This document shows, in pieces, positions 13,715 to 24,779 of a stretch of 64,000 bases of DNA; positions within the stretch are counted from its first letter, which is position 1; each line of letters starts with the position of its first letter. A program made the position numbers and the translations under genes. Source of the DNA: an uncultured delta proteobacterium (GTDB lineage: Bacteria > Myxococcota > Myxococcia > Myxococcales > Anaeromyxobacteraceae); contig CAVYBH010000002.1 in NCBI GenBank assembly GCA_963766715.1, positions 64,001 to 128,000 on the forward strand, given 5' to 3'. The notes beneath the pieces are model-generated. The model did not search any database. It saw only the letters and a list, made by a program, of their open reading frames with translations, and was not told the origin of the DNA.

Positions 13715-14170
13715 TCACCTTCGCCGGATCGCCGGGAGGTCCGCGAACGGTTCGCTGTGCGCCATCGCCTGGAAGGCCTCGGCGAGGTCGCGCGGCGGAG
13801 GGACGATCCGGCGCTGCTCCAGGTCGATCCAGGCGCCCGTCACGGTCACCGCCGCCATCTCGGTCCCGTCCGCCTTCCAGAGCCGGTGCCGGATCGACCA
13901 CCGCGACGCGTCGGGGGCGCACCCGGCGAGCGTCGCGTCCACGAGGACCTCGTCGCCCATGGCCGCCTCGCGCCGGTACTCGACCTCCTCGCGGAAGAGG
14001 ACCGGCCCGAGGTGGAGCGACTGGAACTTGCTCCACCCGTAGCCGAAGGAGGCGAGCAGCCCGATGCGCGTGTCGTTCGCGTACTCGGAGAAGGCGGTGT
14101 TGCGGAGGTGGCCGTTGCCGTCCACGTCCGACCAGCGCACCACGAACCGCCGGGTGAACGGGCCGGTCAT
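13715..14170 (-). CDS. Acyl-CoA thioesterase (hotdog fold, 4HBT/YbgC-like)
   Basis: VRWSDVDGNGHLRNTAF, EVEYRRE; ATG overlaps the upstream TGA. Confidence 0.9.
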   Translation of the reverse strand: MTGPFTRRFVVRWSDVDGNGHLRNTAFSEYANDTRIGLLASFGYGWSKFQSLHLGPVLFREEVEYRREAAMGDEVLVDATLAGCAPDASRWSIRHRLWKADGTEMAAVTVTGAWIDLEQRRIVPPPRDLAEAFQAMAHSEPFADLPAIRRR

Positions 14171-16093
14171 CGCGGCGCCACCAGGTCGTCGCGGGATCCG
14201 AAGAAGTAGCGCCCGTCGAACTGGCCGCGGAGGAAGACGTTCCACGACGGGGACAAGCGACGCGTTGCCGTAGCCGGTGGGGAAGACGATCGGCGTGGTG
14301 AGCGGGATCTCCACCCCGAAGCCGAGCTGCACCATCGCCGCGAAGACGAGCTGGGTCGCGAAGGTGCGGAAGGGCGTCCACTCGAGCACCGGGAAGGACA
14401 GCGCGATCGACCGGAGCTTGGCCGCGCCGAAGTCGGAGGTCGGGTCGGGCGGCGGGCCGATGGGGGTGAGGATCACCACGTCGGAGAGGAATCCGTAGAG
14501 CACGGCGTCGACCTCGCGGCCGAGGACGACCTGGAGCCAGCCCACGCCGATCCCGAAGCTGCGCTCGTAGGGGATGAGGCCACCGCTCGCCGCGGCGACG
14601 CCCACCGAGCTGAGGGCGGCCGGCGACGCCAGCGCGAGGATCGGCCCGAGGATGAGGACGTCGCCGGGGATCAGCCAGAAGGGCAACCGCAGGTCGAGGC
14701 GCAGGCCGGTGCGGGCGGGGATGCGGGGGAAGAAGGCGCTCGTGCCGGCGATGGAGCAGATGTCGCCTCCGCTGCACGAGTCGGTCTGGGCCGACTGCAT
14801 GGTGATGCCGGCGTCGATGAAGGCGAGGCCGGTGCCGACCGACCCGGTGAGGCTCTCCGCCCCGAAGCCGAGGCGCACGCCTGCCGAGAGCGATCCGAAG
14901 AACTGCGCGGTCTCGGTGCCGACGCCGCCCCAGCCCAGGTTCCCGGTGATCGAGGCGAACGCGCCGATGAAGGGCCCGAGCTCCTCGCGGAAGCGGGGGA
15001 GGTGGACGTCGCCCTCGCCGCGGCCCGGGACGGGCAGCGCGCGGAGCGTCGGCGTGAAGTACTTCGCGATCCCGTCCGCCCGCGCCACGCTGGGCTGCTT
15101 CTCCTCGAGGCAGGAGTCGAACGCGAAGATCTTCACCGCCGGCAGGCCGAAGTCCATGGCGAGGCGGCCGAGCTCGTCGCCGGGCCGCAGCGCGGCGTCG
15201 AGCTGCTCCAGGCTGCGCTTCACCGCGTCCGACGCCCGCGACAGGTCCGCGTCGCGCATGAAGGAGTCGCCGAAGAGGATGGAGGGCTCGCCGCCCCAGG
15301 TCACGCCGTCGAAGCCGAACTCGTTGTAGTAGTCGTGCGTGCCCTTGCGCCAGGCGTCGCTCCCCCAGGTGCCCACCACGTGCCCGGCGGCGTAGGAATC
15401 CTCGAGCCAGTGGAGCGCGTAGCCCTCGGTCACCAGGATGCGCAGCGCCGCGGCGGGCCGCTCGGCCGGGGGCGGCGGGCTCACGGCGTAGCGCTGCGCC
15501 AGCTCGAGCGCGGCCATGTGGTACTGGAGGTACAGGCCGACGGCGTTGAGCGGCGCCCCCTCCTTCACGGCGTTGACGGCGTAGACGTTCGGGTCGTTTC
15601 CGGTCCGCGGCAGGAGGAAGTGGGCGTTGTTGGCGCCGGCCCGGCTCACGTACTGGGGGTCGGCGGCCTGGAGCTCGAGGTTGGAGGTGGCGATCGCGTT
15701 CAGCGACTGGTCCCGGTTCTTCGCCTTGTCGAGGTTGACCTGCGTCTTCGCCGCGACGCTCGCCACGTCGAGGATCCAGTTGCCCGGGAGCACCTTCTCG
15801 AAGACCTCCCGCGGGCTGCAGGCGTGGTCGCCGGACATGGCGGGAAAGGCGGCGAAGTCGATGCACTTCGGTTCGGTTCCCTGGTCCCCTTCGGCGGGCT
15901 TCGGGCAGAGGCGGCTCTCCCGGCCGATCCGCGCCTCCTCCCAGAGCGCGGTGAGTCGCGCCTGCTCGTCGGGCGGGAGCTTGCGGAAGGCGGCGTCGGC
16001 GATGTTGCGGTGCTCGGGGTAGATCCACGCCTGCCCCGCACGGGGAACCGCCGTGAGAGCCAACGCCAGGCAGAACAGCCGGAAAACGCGCAT
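14167..16093 (-). CDS. Secreted Zn-dependent phospholipase C/P1-nuclease-fold protein with C-terminal membrane/beta-rich domain (frameshift near 14250)
   Basis: Signal peptide ending GQA|WIYPEH; AMSGDH, NNAHF, HWLEDSYAAGH, THDYYNEFG; corrected C-terminus ...NVFLRGQFDGRYFFGSRDDLVAPR*. Confidence 0.65.
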
Positions 16094-16198
16094 TCATGCC
16101 GAGTAGCAGGCCCCGGAGGCGGCGTAAAGGTTCCCTCTTGGTGCGCTCCATCTGGCACTCCGTTGCGGGGCGGGGCCGGAAGGGTATGACCACTCCCC

Positions 16199-17377
16199 TT
16201 GCCCGCCCTCGAGACCCATGTCCGCGCATCCCTGTCCGACGTCCCGGCTGCGGAATGGGATCGCCTGTGGGCCCATGAGCCCGCCAGGGCCACCCCCTTC
16301 CTGTGTCACGCCTGGCTCGACGCGCTCGAGCAGTCCGGGGCGGCGTCGCCGTCGAGGGGATGGTCCGGTCGCCACCTTCTCCTCCGGAGGGCCGGGCGGC
16401 TGGTCGCGGCCATGCCGGGCTGGGTGAAGAGAGACTCGGATGGGGACTTCGGCCGGGACTGGCAATGGGCCGCCGCCGCCGATCGGGCCGGGATTCCCTA
16501 CTTTCCGAAGCTCGTCGTGGGGGTGCCCTTCACCCCGGCAACGGGCCGGAGGCTGCTCGTGGCGCCCGGGGAGGACCGGCTCGAGGTGGCCCGGGCGGCG
16601 GTCCGGGCCCTGCGGGACCTCTGCGGGGCCGAGGGGATCCGATCCATCCACGTGCTCCACCTCCCCGCGGAGGACGCCCTCGAGCTGGAGGCTGCCGGCC
16701 TCGCGCTCCGGGTCGACTTCCAGTACCACTGGCGGAACGCCGGCTACGCCTCGTTCGACGACTTCCTCGCCCGGTTCAGCGCCAAGCGCAGGAACGCCAT
16801 CCGGCGGGAGCGGGCCGCTCCCGCGCGGCAGGGGATCGCCATCCGGACGGTCCGCGGCGACGAGCTGGGGGAGGCCCCGACCCGATGGGCGCTCGAGGTG
16901 GCCCGGCTCCACGGCCGCTCGGTGTCCCGGATGGAATGGGGCATGAGGTTCCTCGACCGCTCCTTCTACGAGCGGGTGCTCCGCTCGATGCCCGGCTCTC
17001 TCGAGGTGGTCGAGGCGAGGAAGGACGGCCGGCTGGTGGGCATGGCCTTCAACGTCGCGTCGACCGAGCGGCTCTACGGCCGCTACTGGGGCGCGGCCGA
17101 GGAGCACCCCTTCCTCCACTTCAACGTCGCGCTCTACCACTCCATCGAGGAGTGCATCCGCCTCGGCCGGCAGGTCTTCGAGGGCGGGGCCGGCGGGGAG
17201 CACAAGCTCGCGCGGGGCTTCGAGCCCGCCGAGGTATGGAGCGCCCACGCCTTCCTCGACCGCCGCCTCGACGAGCCGATCCGCGCGCACCTGGCGCAGG
17301 CGCGCGCCGCGGCCCGGGAGGCGCTGGACAGGTGGAGGGAGGAATCGGCGGTGCTCAGGGACGCCGGCCCCAGGTGA
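16199..17377 (+). CDS. FemAB-like GNAT-fold protein (DUF482 type)
   Basis: PFLCHAWL, YFPKLVVGVPFTPATG, QYHWRNAGY, LYGRYWG, FEGGAGGEHKLARGF. Confidence 0.9.
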   Translation: MPALETHVRASLSDVPAAEWDRLWAHEPARATPFLCHAWLDALEQSGAASPSRGWSGRHLLLRRAGRLVAAMPGWVKRDSDGDFGRDWQWAAAADRAGIPYFPKLVVGVPFTPATGRRLLVAPGEDRLEVARAAVRALRDLCGAEGIRSIHVLHLPAEDALELEAAGLALRVDFQYHWRNAGYASFDDFLARFSAKRRNAIRRERAAPARQGIAIRTVRGDELGEAPTRWALEVARLHGRSVSRMEWGMRFLDRSFYERVLRSMPGSLEVVEARKDGRLVGMAFNVASTERLYGRYWGAAEEHPFLHFNVALYHSIEECIRLGRQVFEGGAGGEHKLARGFEPAEVWSAHAFLDRRLDEPIRAHLAQARAAAREALDRWREESAVLRDAGPR

Positions 17378-18110
17378 GGCGGACTTCCCGGGTCCAGGTG
17401 GCGCCGCCGCAGCGCAAGGCCAGGTCTCGGGCCTCGGCGAGGAGCAGGCCGAGCGACTCCGGTCCGAGGGCCGGCCCGACGAGGGAGATCGAGCGAAGCA
17501 CCGCCTCCAGGCGGTCCGGGTCGAGCACCTCCGCGTGGACGTGGAGCTCCTCCGCGCGATCCCGCGCGCCGGCGGCGTCGAGGAACTGGGCGAGCCGGGC
17601 CGGTGGTCGCGGACGGGCGCGCGGGTTGGCGCGTGCGAGCAGCTCCGCCATCCCGTCGGAGAAGGGCGAGCCGCCGAGGCGCGGCTCGACCACCGCGACG
17701 GCCCCGCCCGCCGAGAGCAGGCGCGCCGCCTCCCGGCCGGCCGCCTCCGGCTCGACCCACTGGATCGCGTCGGCGACGACCACCAGGGTCGCGCGGGCGC
17801 CGGGCAGCCCGGAGCGCTCGGCGGCGGCGTGGACGCAGGTGACCGGGAGGTCGGAGGTCGCCTCGCGGAGGATGGACAGCATGGCCTCGGCCGGCTCCAC
17901 CGCCGCGACCGGCAGCCCCCGCCGGGCCAGGGGAAGGGCGAGGAGGCCGGTGCCCGCGCCCAGGTCGACGACCTGCCCCGGCTCGCCCGCCAGCGCTGCC
18001 AGCCGGTCGACCAGGGAGCCCGGGTAGCCGGGACGCGCGCGGTAGTCGCTGGCGAGCCGGTTGAAGACCCACCGCCCGGACTCCTCCACGCCGATGGCTC
18101 TTCGACCCAC
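17355..18110 (-). CDS. Class I SAM-dependent methyltransferase
   Basis: YRARPGYP, VVDLGAGTG, AVEPAEAM, ADAIQW. Confidence 0.88.
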   Translation of the reverse strand: MGRRAIGVEESGRWVFNRLASDYRARPGYPGSLVDRLAALAGEPGQVVDLGAGTGLLALPLARRGLPVAAVEPAEAMLSILREATSDLPVTCVHAAAERSGLPGARATLVVVADAIQWVEPEAAGREAARLLSAGGAVAVVEPRLGGSPFSDGMAELLARANPRARPRPPARLAQFLDAAGARDRAEELHVHAEVLDPDRLEAVLRSISLVGPALGPESLGLLLAEARDLALRCGGATWTREVRLTWGRRP

Positions 18111-18145
18111 GCCCCAACCTTACCAGACCGGCTAGACTGCGCCCC

Positions 18146-19078
18146 GTGCCCGAGCCGGTCGTCCGACTGCGAAACCTCACCAAGCGCTACGGCGACTTCC
18201 TGGCGCTCGACCGGGTGGACCTCGACGTGATGCCGGGCGAGATCCTGGCGCTGCTCGGCCCGAACGGCGCCGGCAAGACCACCCTCATCAGCATCGTCTC
18301 CGGCCTGGTCCGCGCCACCGCCGGGAAGGCGGAGGTGCTGGGGCGGGACGTGGTGACCGACTACCGGTTCACGCGCCGTGCAATCGGGCTCGTTCCCCAG
18401 GAGATCAACTTCGACCCCTTCTTCACGGTCGAGGAGACCCTGCGGATCCAGGCCGGCTACTTCGGGGTCCGGCTTCCGGACGAGCGGCTGGAGGAGATCC
18501 TCGCCGCCCTCGAGCTGGGGTCGAAGCGGCACGCCAACACCCGGTCGCTCTCGGGGGGGATGAAGCGCCGGCTCCTCATCGGAAAGGCGCTCGTCCACGA
18601 GCCGCGCATCCTCTTCCTCGACGAGCCCACCGCCGGCGTGGACGTGAAGCTGCGCCAGGCGCTCTGGGCGTACGTGCGGCGGCTGCAGGCGCGCGGCACC
18701 ACCATCGTGCTGACCACCCACTACCTGGAGGAGGCCGAGGAGCTGGCCGACCGGGTGGCCGTCATCGACCGGGGTCGCATCCTGCTCGTCGAGCAGAAGG
18801 ACCGGCTCCTCGAGCGCCAGGCGGGCAAGACGCTCCACGTGACGCTGACCGCGGCGCTCGCCCGGCTTCCGGAGTCCCTCGCCGCGCTGGGCGCAAGGCT
18901 CGAGGCGGAGGGACGCGTCCTCGCCGTGGAGGTCCCGCCGGGCGGCTCGTTCGGGCCGGTGCTCGAGGCCGTCGCCGAGGCGCGGCTTCCGGTCGGGGAC
19001 GTCGAGACGAGGCGAGCCACACTCGAGGACGTCTTCGTGTCGGTGCTCGGCGCGGGCGAGCGGGGAGGGGACCCGTGA
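18146..19078 (+). CDS. ABC-2 type transporter ATP-binding protein (YadG-like)
   Basis: GPNGAGKT, LSGGMKRR, FLDEPTAGVD, TTHYLEEAE. Confidence 0.95.
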   Translation: MPEPVVRLRNLTKRYGDFLALDRVDLDVMPGEILALLGPNGAGKTTLISIVSGLVRATAGKAEVLGRDVVTDYRFTRRAIGLVPQEINFDPFFTVEETLRIQAGYFGVRLPDERLEEILAALELGSKRHANTRSLSGGMKRRLLIGKALVHEPRILFLDEPTAGVDVKLRQALWAYVRRLQARGTTIVLTTHYLEEAEELADRVAVIDRGRILLVEQKDRLLERQAGKTLHVTLTAALARLPESLAALGARLEAEGRVLAVEVPPGGSFGPVLEAVAEARLPVGDVETRRATLEDVFVSVLGAGERGGDP

Positions 19079-19836
19079 ACGGCCTCGGGGTCCGGACCCT
19101 CTTCGCGAAGGAGCTGCGGCGCTTCCTGCGGGTGCCGGGACAGACGCTGCTCTCCCCGCTCATCACCACCACCCTCTACTTCCTGGTCTTCGGATGGTCG
19201 CTGGGGAGCAGGCTGCAGGAAGTGGACGGCGTTCCCTACGCGCGCTTCATCCTTCCCGGGCTGGTGATGCTGGGCGTGATCACGAACGCCTACCTCAACA
19301 CGGCCTCCTCCCTGTTCGTGATGAAGCTCCAGGGAACCGTGGTCGACCTGCTCGTGTCCCCGCTGTCGTACGGGGAGATCCTGGGCGCGTTCGTGGCCGC
19401 CGCCGTGGCGCGCGGGCTCATCGTGGGCGGCATCATGTGGCTGGTGGGGGCGCTCTTCACCGGCTTCGGGCTCGCCCACCCGCTGCTCGCCGCCCTGCTC
19501 CTCGTCGGGGTGGCCTCCGGCTTCGCCGCCCTGGGCTTCCTGACGGCCACCTGGGCGGCCAGCTTCGAGCAGGTGAACTTCCTCCCCACCTTCGTGGTGA
19601 CGCCGCTCACCTTCCTGGGCGGGGTCTTCTACTCCGCGTCGATGGCGCCCCCGGCCTTGCGCTGGCTCACCCGGGCGAACCCCATCTACTACCTCGTCGA
19701 GTCGTTGCGCTGGACGGTCCTGGGACGCTCGGATGCCGCCCCGGAGGCCGGTTTCCTGGTGGCGGGCGTCCTCGCGGCCCTGGCGGCGGCGGTCGCCTAC
19801 GCGGTGCTGAGGAGCGGCTGGCGCCTGCGCGGGTGA
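19075..19836 (+). CDS. ABC-2 type transporter permease (YadH-like)
   Basis: KELRRFLRV..QTLLSP, TPLTFLGGVFYS, NPIYY; six TM helices; start overlaps the ATPase stop. Confidence 0.93.
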   Translation: MNGLGVRTLFAKELRRFLRVPGQTLLSPLITTTLYFLVFGWSLGSRLQEVDGVPYARFILPGLVMLGVITNAYLNTASSLFVMKLQGTVVDLLVSPLSYGEILGAFVAAAVARGLIVGGIMWLVGALFTGFGLAHPLLAALLLVGVASGFAALGFLTATWAASFEQVNFLPTFVVTPLTFLGGVFYSASMAPPALRWLTRANPIYYLVESLRWTVLGRSDAAPEAGFLVAGVLAALAAAVAYAVLRSGWRLRG

Positions 19837-19924
19837 TCGTCGGCAATTGGGGATTTACTTTGCCCCCTCGTTGGTTATCCTACGGCCCCCTTCCTGAGGC
19901 CCAATTTTCCTGGAGGTTTTCTAC

Positions 19925-20735
19925 ATGCGTCTCGTTCTCGTCGTTCTGTTCGCGCTGGCCGTCACGGCTTGCAAGAAGCCGGATGCGCCTGCCGCGGCAC
20001 CCGCCCCCGGCGCCGCTGCTGCAGCGCCCGCCGCCGCTGGCGCCACGGTCGTTCGCGGCAAGGTCGTCGAGAAGATCGACGCCGCTCCCTACAGCTACCT
20101 GAAGCTCTCCGGCCCGGCCGGCGAGATCTGGGCCGCCGTCCCGCAGACCCCGGTCGCGATCGGGACCGAGGTCGTCATCGAGAATCCGATGGCGATGGAC
20201 GGCTTCGAGTCGAAGACCCTGAACCGCAAGTTCGACAAGATCATCTTCGGCACGCTCGCCGGCCAGGGCGGCGCGGCCGCCGCGGCGCCGGCCGGCATGC
20301 CTCCGGCGGGCGGGATGCCCCCCGGCGCGGGAGCCCCTCCCGGCGCGCCTCCCCCGGGCATGGCCGCCCAGCACGCCGCCGCGGCCGCCGGCCCGGTCGA
20401 CGTGGGTGACGTGAAGGTTCCCAAGGCCACCGGCGCCGAACGCCAAGACCGTCTCCGAGATCTACGGCCAGAAGGCCCAGCTGAAGGAGAAGAAGGTCAC
20501 GGTCCGCGGCAAGGTCGTGAAGGCCAACAGCGGGATCATGGGCAAGAACTGGCTCCACCTCCGCGACGGCAGCGGCACCCAGGAGAAGGCCGACAACGAC
20601 ATCACCATCACGACCGACGGCACGGCTGCCGTGGGCGACGTGGTGGTCGTCACCGGCGTGGTGCGGCTCGACAAGGACTTCGGGGCCGGGTACGCGTACC
20701 CCGTCATCATCGAGGAGGCGAAGGTCGCGAAGTAG
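19925..20735 (+). CDS. Lipoprotein with two OB-fold-like domains (NrfJ-like) and a Pro/Ala/Met linker (frameshift near 20440)
   Basis: Lipobox VTAC; RGKVVEKIDAAPYSYL..WAAVP..FESKTLNRKFDKI; second domain VRGKVVK..IMGKNWLHLRDGSG..DKDFGAGYAYPVIIEEA. Confidence 0.75.
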
Positions 20736-20758
20736 TCGCGCCGTCGCCGCAGCTCTCG

Positions 20759-20796
20759 AGGGGCGGTCCGGGGAACCGGGCCGCCCTTCTCTTTTC
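20759..20796 (+). terminator. Intrinsic terminator between convergent genes
   Basis: GGGCGGTCCGG-GGAA-CCGGGCCGCCC stem followed by TTCTCTTTT. Confidence 0.8.
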
Positions 20797-20803
20797 CCGG
20801 GTC

Positions 20804-21403
20804 CTACCCGCCGTCAATCATCTGCTGCAGGGTCTTGTGGATCTTCGCGGAGAAGCAGGAGGTGAACTGCGCGTTCCAGGTGGCCGGGACCGCCTGGCCG
20901 GCCGGCACGGAGACGGATCCGGATACCTGGAGGCTCAGTCCGCCGTTGGCGAGGAGGTCGGAGAGGTTCGCGCCCGGGTTGTCGGAGTCCAGGGAGATGT
21001 GGGTGACGCCGGTCTGCGAGCCCCGGTCGTAGTGCGCCAGCGGCACCGACGTGGAGCCGGCGGGACCCTGCGCCTGGACCTCGAGGTTCGAGAGGAAGTC
21101 CATGTTCGTGCCCGGGCCGCCCGAGACCGAGGCGTCGAAGCTGAGGAAGTGCAGGACCCGGTCGCGGGACGGTCCGCCGAGGATGAAGTCGGGGAGCACG
21201 TTCGAGATCCCCACGTCGATGGACCCGGCGTACGTGCCGCTGAAGCCGCCGGGAGGCGCCACGCCGCCGCCGCCCGGGATCGTGATGGTCTGCGCGGGCA
21301 GGCCGAGGCAGAAGAGCGGCTGCTCGGCCTCGGCGTAGAAGGTGCTGCAGCCCTGGAGGCAGGGCGCGAGGGCCGCGACGGCGAGGAGGTGGATTCGCTT
21401 CAT
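20804..21403 (-). CDS. Hypothetical lipoprotein
   Basis: MKRIHLLAVAALAPCLQGC lipobox; beta-rich, with a further Cys pair. Confidence 0.75.
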   Translation of the reverse strand: MKRIHLLAVAALAPCLQGCSTFYAEAEQPLFCLGLPAQTITIPGGGGVAPPGGFSGTYAGSIDVGISNVLPDFILGGPSRDRVLHFLSFDASVSGGPGTNMDFLSNLEVQAQGPAGSTSVPLAHYDRGSQTGVTHISLDSDNPGANLSDLLANGGLSLQVSGSVSVPAGQAVPATWNAQFTSCFSAKIHKTLQQMIDGG

Positions 21404-21417
21404 GGCGGTCCCGGCTT

Positions 21418-22074
21418 TCAGAAGAAGTAGAGGAAGGAGATGCGGGCCACCGGCATCAGCGACGAGGCCTTCCAGTCGCTGGTGGTGACCACGACGTTGC
21501 CGACCGAGCCCGTGCCCCCCTTGGCGTTCAGCTGGAGGTAGCCGATGCCGCCCTCGAGGCTGGCGGTGAATCCGCGCCGGCTGCCGATGGCGATGCCGAT
21601 GAGCCCGGAGAACCAGTCGTAGCTGGCGTTCCCGATGAGCGGCCACTGGGCCTCGGGCACGCCCGCCCACTTCTTGATCTGGTCCGCGGTCTGGCCGGAG
21701 AAGTAGTAGCCGTACTCTCCGCGGACGATGGGGGAGACGACGAAGTCGATGGGGCGGAACTCGAGGCCGAGCACGAAGCCCGGGGCGAGCGTGTAGGCGA
21801 AGCCCACGTCGGCCATCACCCAGTACCAGGGCGAGTAGGTGAAGGAGAGCACCGCGCCGTCCGGTGCACCCACGGTGAGGGCGAGGCCGAACTGCGGGTA
21901 GTCCTCCTCGGCGACGACGGCCGGTGCGGGCGCCGGCGCGGGAGCCGGAACCGCCGTCGCGGATGCCGCCGCGGGAGCCGGAGACGCGGCCGGCGGGGGC
22001 GTCTCCTGCGGCGTCGCGCGGGCCGCCAGCGGCGCGGCGAGCGAGGCCATCAGGACGAGTGGGGCGAGGCGCAT
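21418..22074 (-). CDS. Hypothetical outer-membrane beta-barrel protein
   Basis: Signal peptide, Pro/Ala linker, alternating beta strands, C-terminal ISFLYFF aromatic end. Confidence 0.7.
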   Translation of the reverse strand: MRLAPLVLMASLAAPLAARATPQETPPPAASPAPAAASATAVPAPAPAPAPAVVAEEDYPQFGLALTVGAPDGAVLSFTYSPWYWVMADVGFAYTLAPGFVLGLEFRPIDFVVSPIVRGEYGYYFSGQTADQIKKWAGVPEAQWPLIGNASYDWFSGLIGIAIGSRRGFTASLEGGIGYLQLNAKGGTGSVGNVVVTTSDWKASSLMPVARISFLYFF

Positions 22075-22202
22075 GTGGGGCTCCCGTGAAGCGTGCGTGG
22101 GTCCGAAAAGTCTGGCACGCGCCCAGAGGGGAACAAAGGTCGGACCGGAGCGCAATGTGGGTGAAGCGCTTACGACCCAAGGGTGCTACGGTCCCCCCCC
22201 TC

Positions 22203-22760
22203 TTGGCGTTGCCCGCGACACTGCACGACTTCCAAATCGAGCTCGCCCACGTCGACGCCGGGGAGAACCGTCGCGTGTCGCTGCGCGCGGCGCGCCATCC
22301 CTCCGAGTCGATGGAGCGGCTCTGGCTCCGCGTCCTCGCCCACTGCTGGCTGTGGCGGGAGGGGATCGAGCAGGGCCCCGGCCTCTCCGATCCGGACCAG
22401 CCCGACGTCGTCGCGCGGGACCTGACCGGCGAGGTCCGGCTGTGGGCGCGGGTGGGCCGCCCCGAGCCGGTCCGCATCCAGCAGGAAGCCGACCGGAACC
22501 CGCGAGCCGAGCTCGCGGTTCTCTTCGACTCGCCCCGTCGCATGGAGGCCTTCGTCTCGGAGGCGACCGCCGCGGCCCTCGGGCGGCTTTCCCGCGTGTC
22601 GCTCGCCGCCGTCGAGCCGGCCTTCCTCTCCGAGCTGGCGGCGAACGAGGAGCGCCGGGCCCGCCTGTCCCTCACCATCGTGGGCGACCACCTCTACGTG
22701 GAGCGAGAGGGAAAGACCCTCGACGCGCCGCTGCTCCGGGGCTACGTACCCGGAATCTGA
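22203..22760 (+). CDS. yaeQ: YaeQ family protein
   Basis: MALPATLHDFQIELAHVD, ARHPSESMERL, GLSDPDQPD..DLTG..LW..VG; TTG start. Confidence 0.88.
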   Translation: MALPATLHDFQIELAHVDAGENRRVSLRAARHPSESMERLWLRVLAHCWLWREGIEQGPGLSDPDQPDVVARDLTGEVRLWARVGRPEPVRIQQEADRNPRAELAVLFDSPRRMEAFVSEATAAALGRLSRVSLAAVEPAFLSELAANEERRARLSLTIVGDHLYVEREGKTLDAPLLRGYVPGI

Positions 22761-22807
22761 GGTGGAAAGGTTGTCGTGCGCAAACCGGGACGCCGGTTAC
22801 ATTTCCA

Positions 22808-22834
22808 CTATCGGGACCTTTTCGGTCCAGATAG
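22808..22834. promoter_or_regulatory. Palindromic operator upstream of the SUF operon
   Basis: CTATCGGGACC-TTTTC-GGTCCAGATAG, 11-5-11 inverted repeat with one mismatch. Confidence 0.75.
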
Positions 22835-22887
22835 GCTCCAACCCCAGGAACGCGGGGGGATGAGCCCCCAAAAGGGTGGATCGAGCG

Positions 22888-23336
22888 ATGATGCGCATGA
22901 CCAAGCTCGCCGACTACGGAATCGTGCTCCTCACGCACATGGCGATGGAGGAGCCCGGCTCCATGCACACCGCCCAGGACCTGGCGGGGCGCTCCCGGAT
23001 CCCGGTCCCCACCGCGTCGAAGCTCCTCAAGTCGCTGGCGCGCGCCGGCCTGGTGATCTCCCACCGGGGCCGGAACGGCGGCTACGGGCTCTCCCGCGGG
23101 GCCGACGACATCTCGGTCGCGGAGATCATCTCCGCCATCGAGGGGCCCATCGGGCTCACCGAGTGCGGCACCGGCACGGTGGGCGCCTGCGACATGGAGC
23201 CCTTCTGCGCGGCCCGGGGGCGCTGGGCCCCCATCAACCAGGCCATCGAGCGCGCGCTGCGCGACGTGCCGCTGTCGGCCATGCGGCCGCAGTCGACGCC
23301 GCTCGTGACCCTGCAGGGAGAGAGTGGAGTCGTCCC

Positions 23337-23340
<4 letters not shown>
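22888..23340 (+). CDS. SUF system Rrf2-family Fe-S cluster regulator
   Basis: KLADYG, SHRGRNGGYGL, IEGPIGLTEC-x8-C-x5-C; heads the suf operon. Confidence 0.93.

Positions 23341-24775
<1,435 letters not shown>

Positions 24776-24779
<4 letters not shown>

Noticed and set aside
13715..16093. 792-aa hydrolase-thioesterase fusion
   Set aside because: An indel near 14250 hides a stop at 14167-14169 that overlaps the thioesterase ATG; these are two genes
16153..16167. Sigma54-like TGGCAC...TTGC upstream of the GNAT gene
   Set aside because: GG-to-GC spacing is 9 rather than the required 10; cannot be supported unless an indel error is shown
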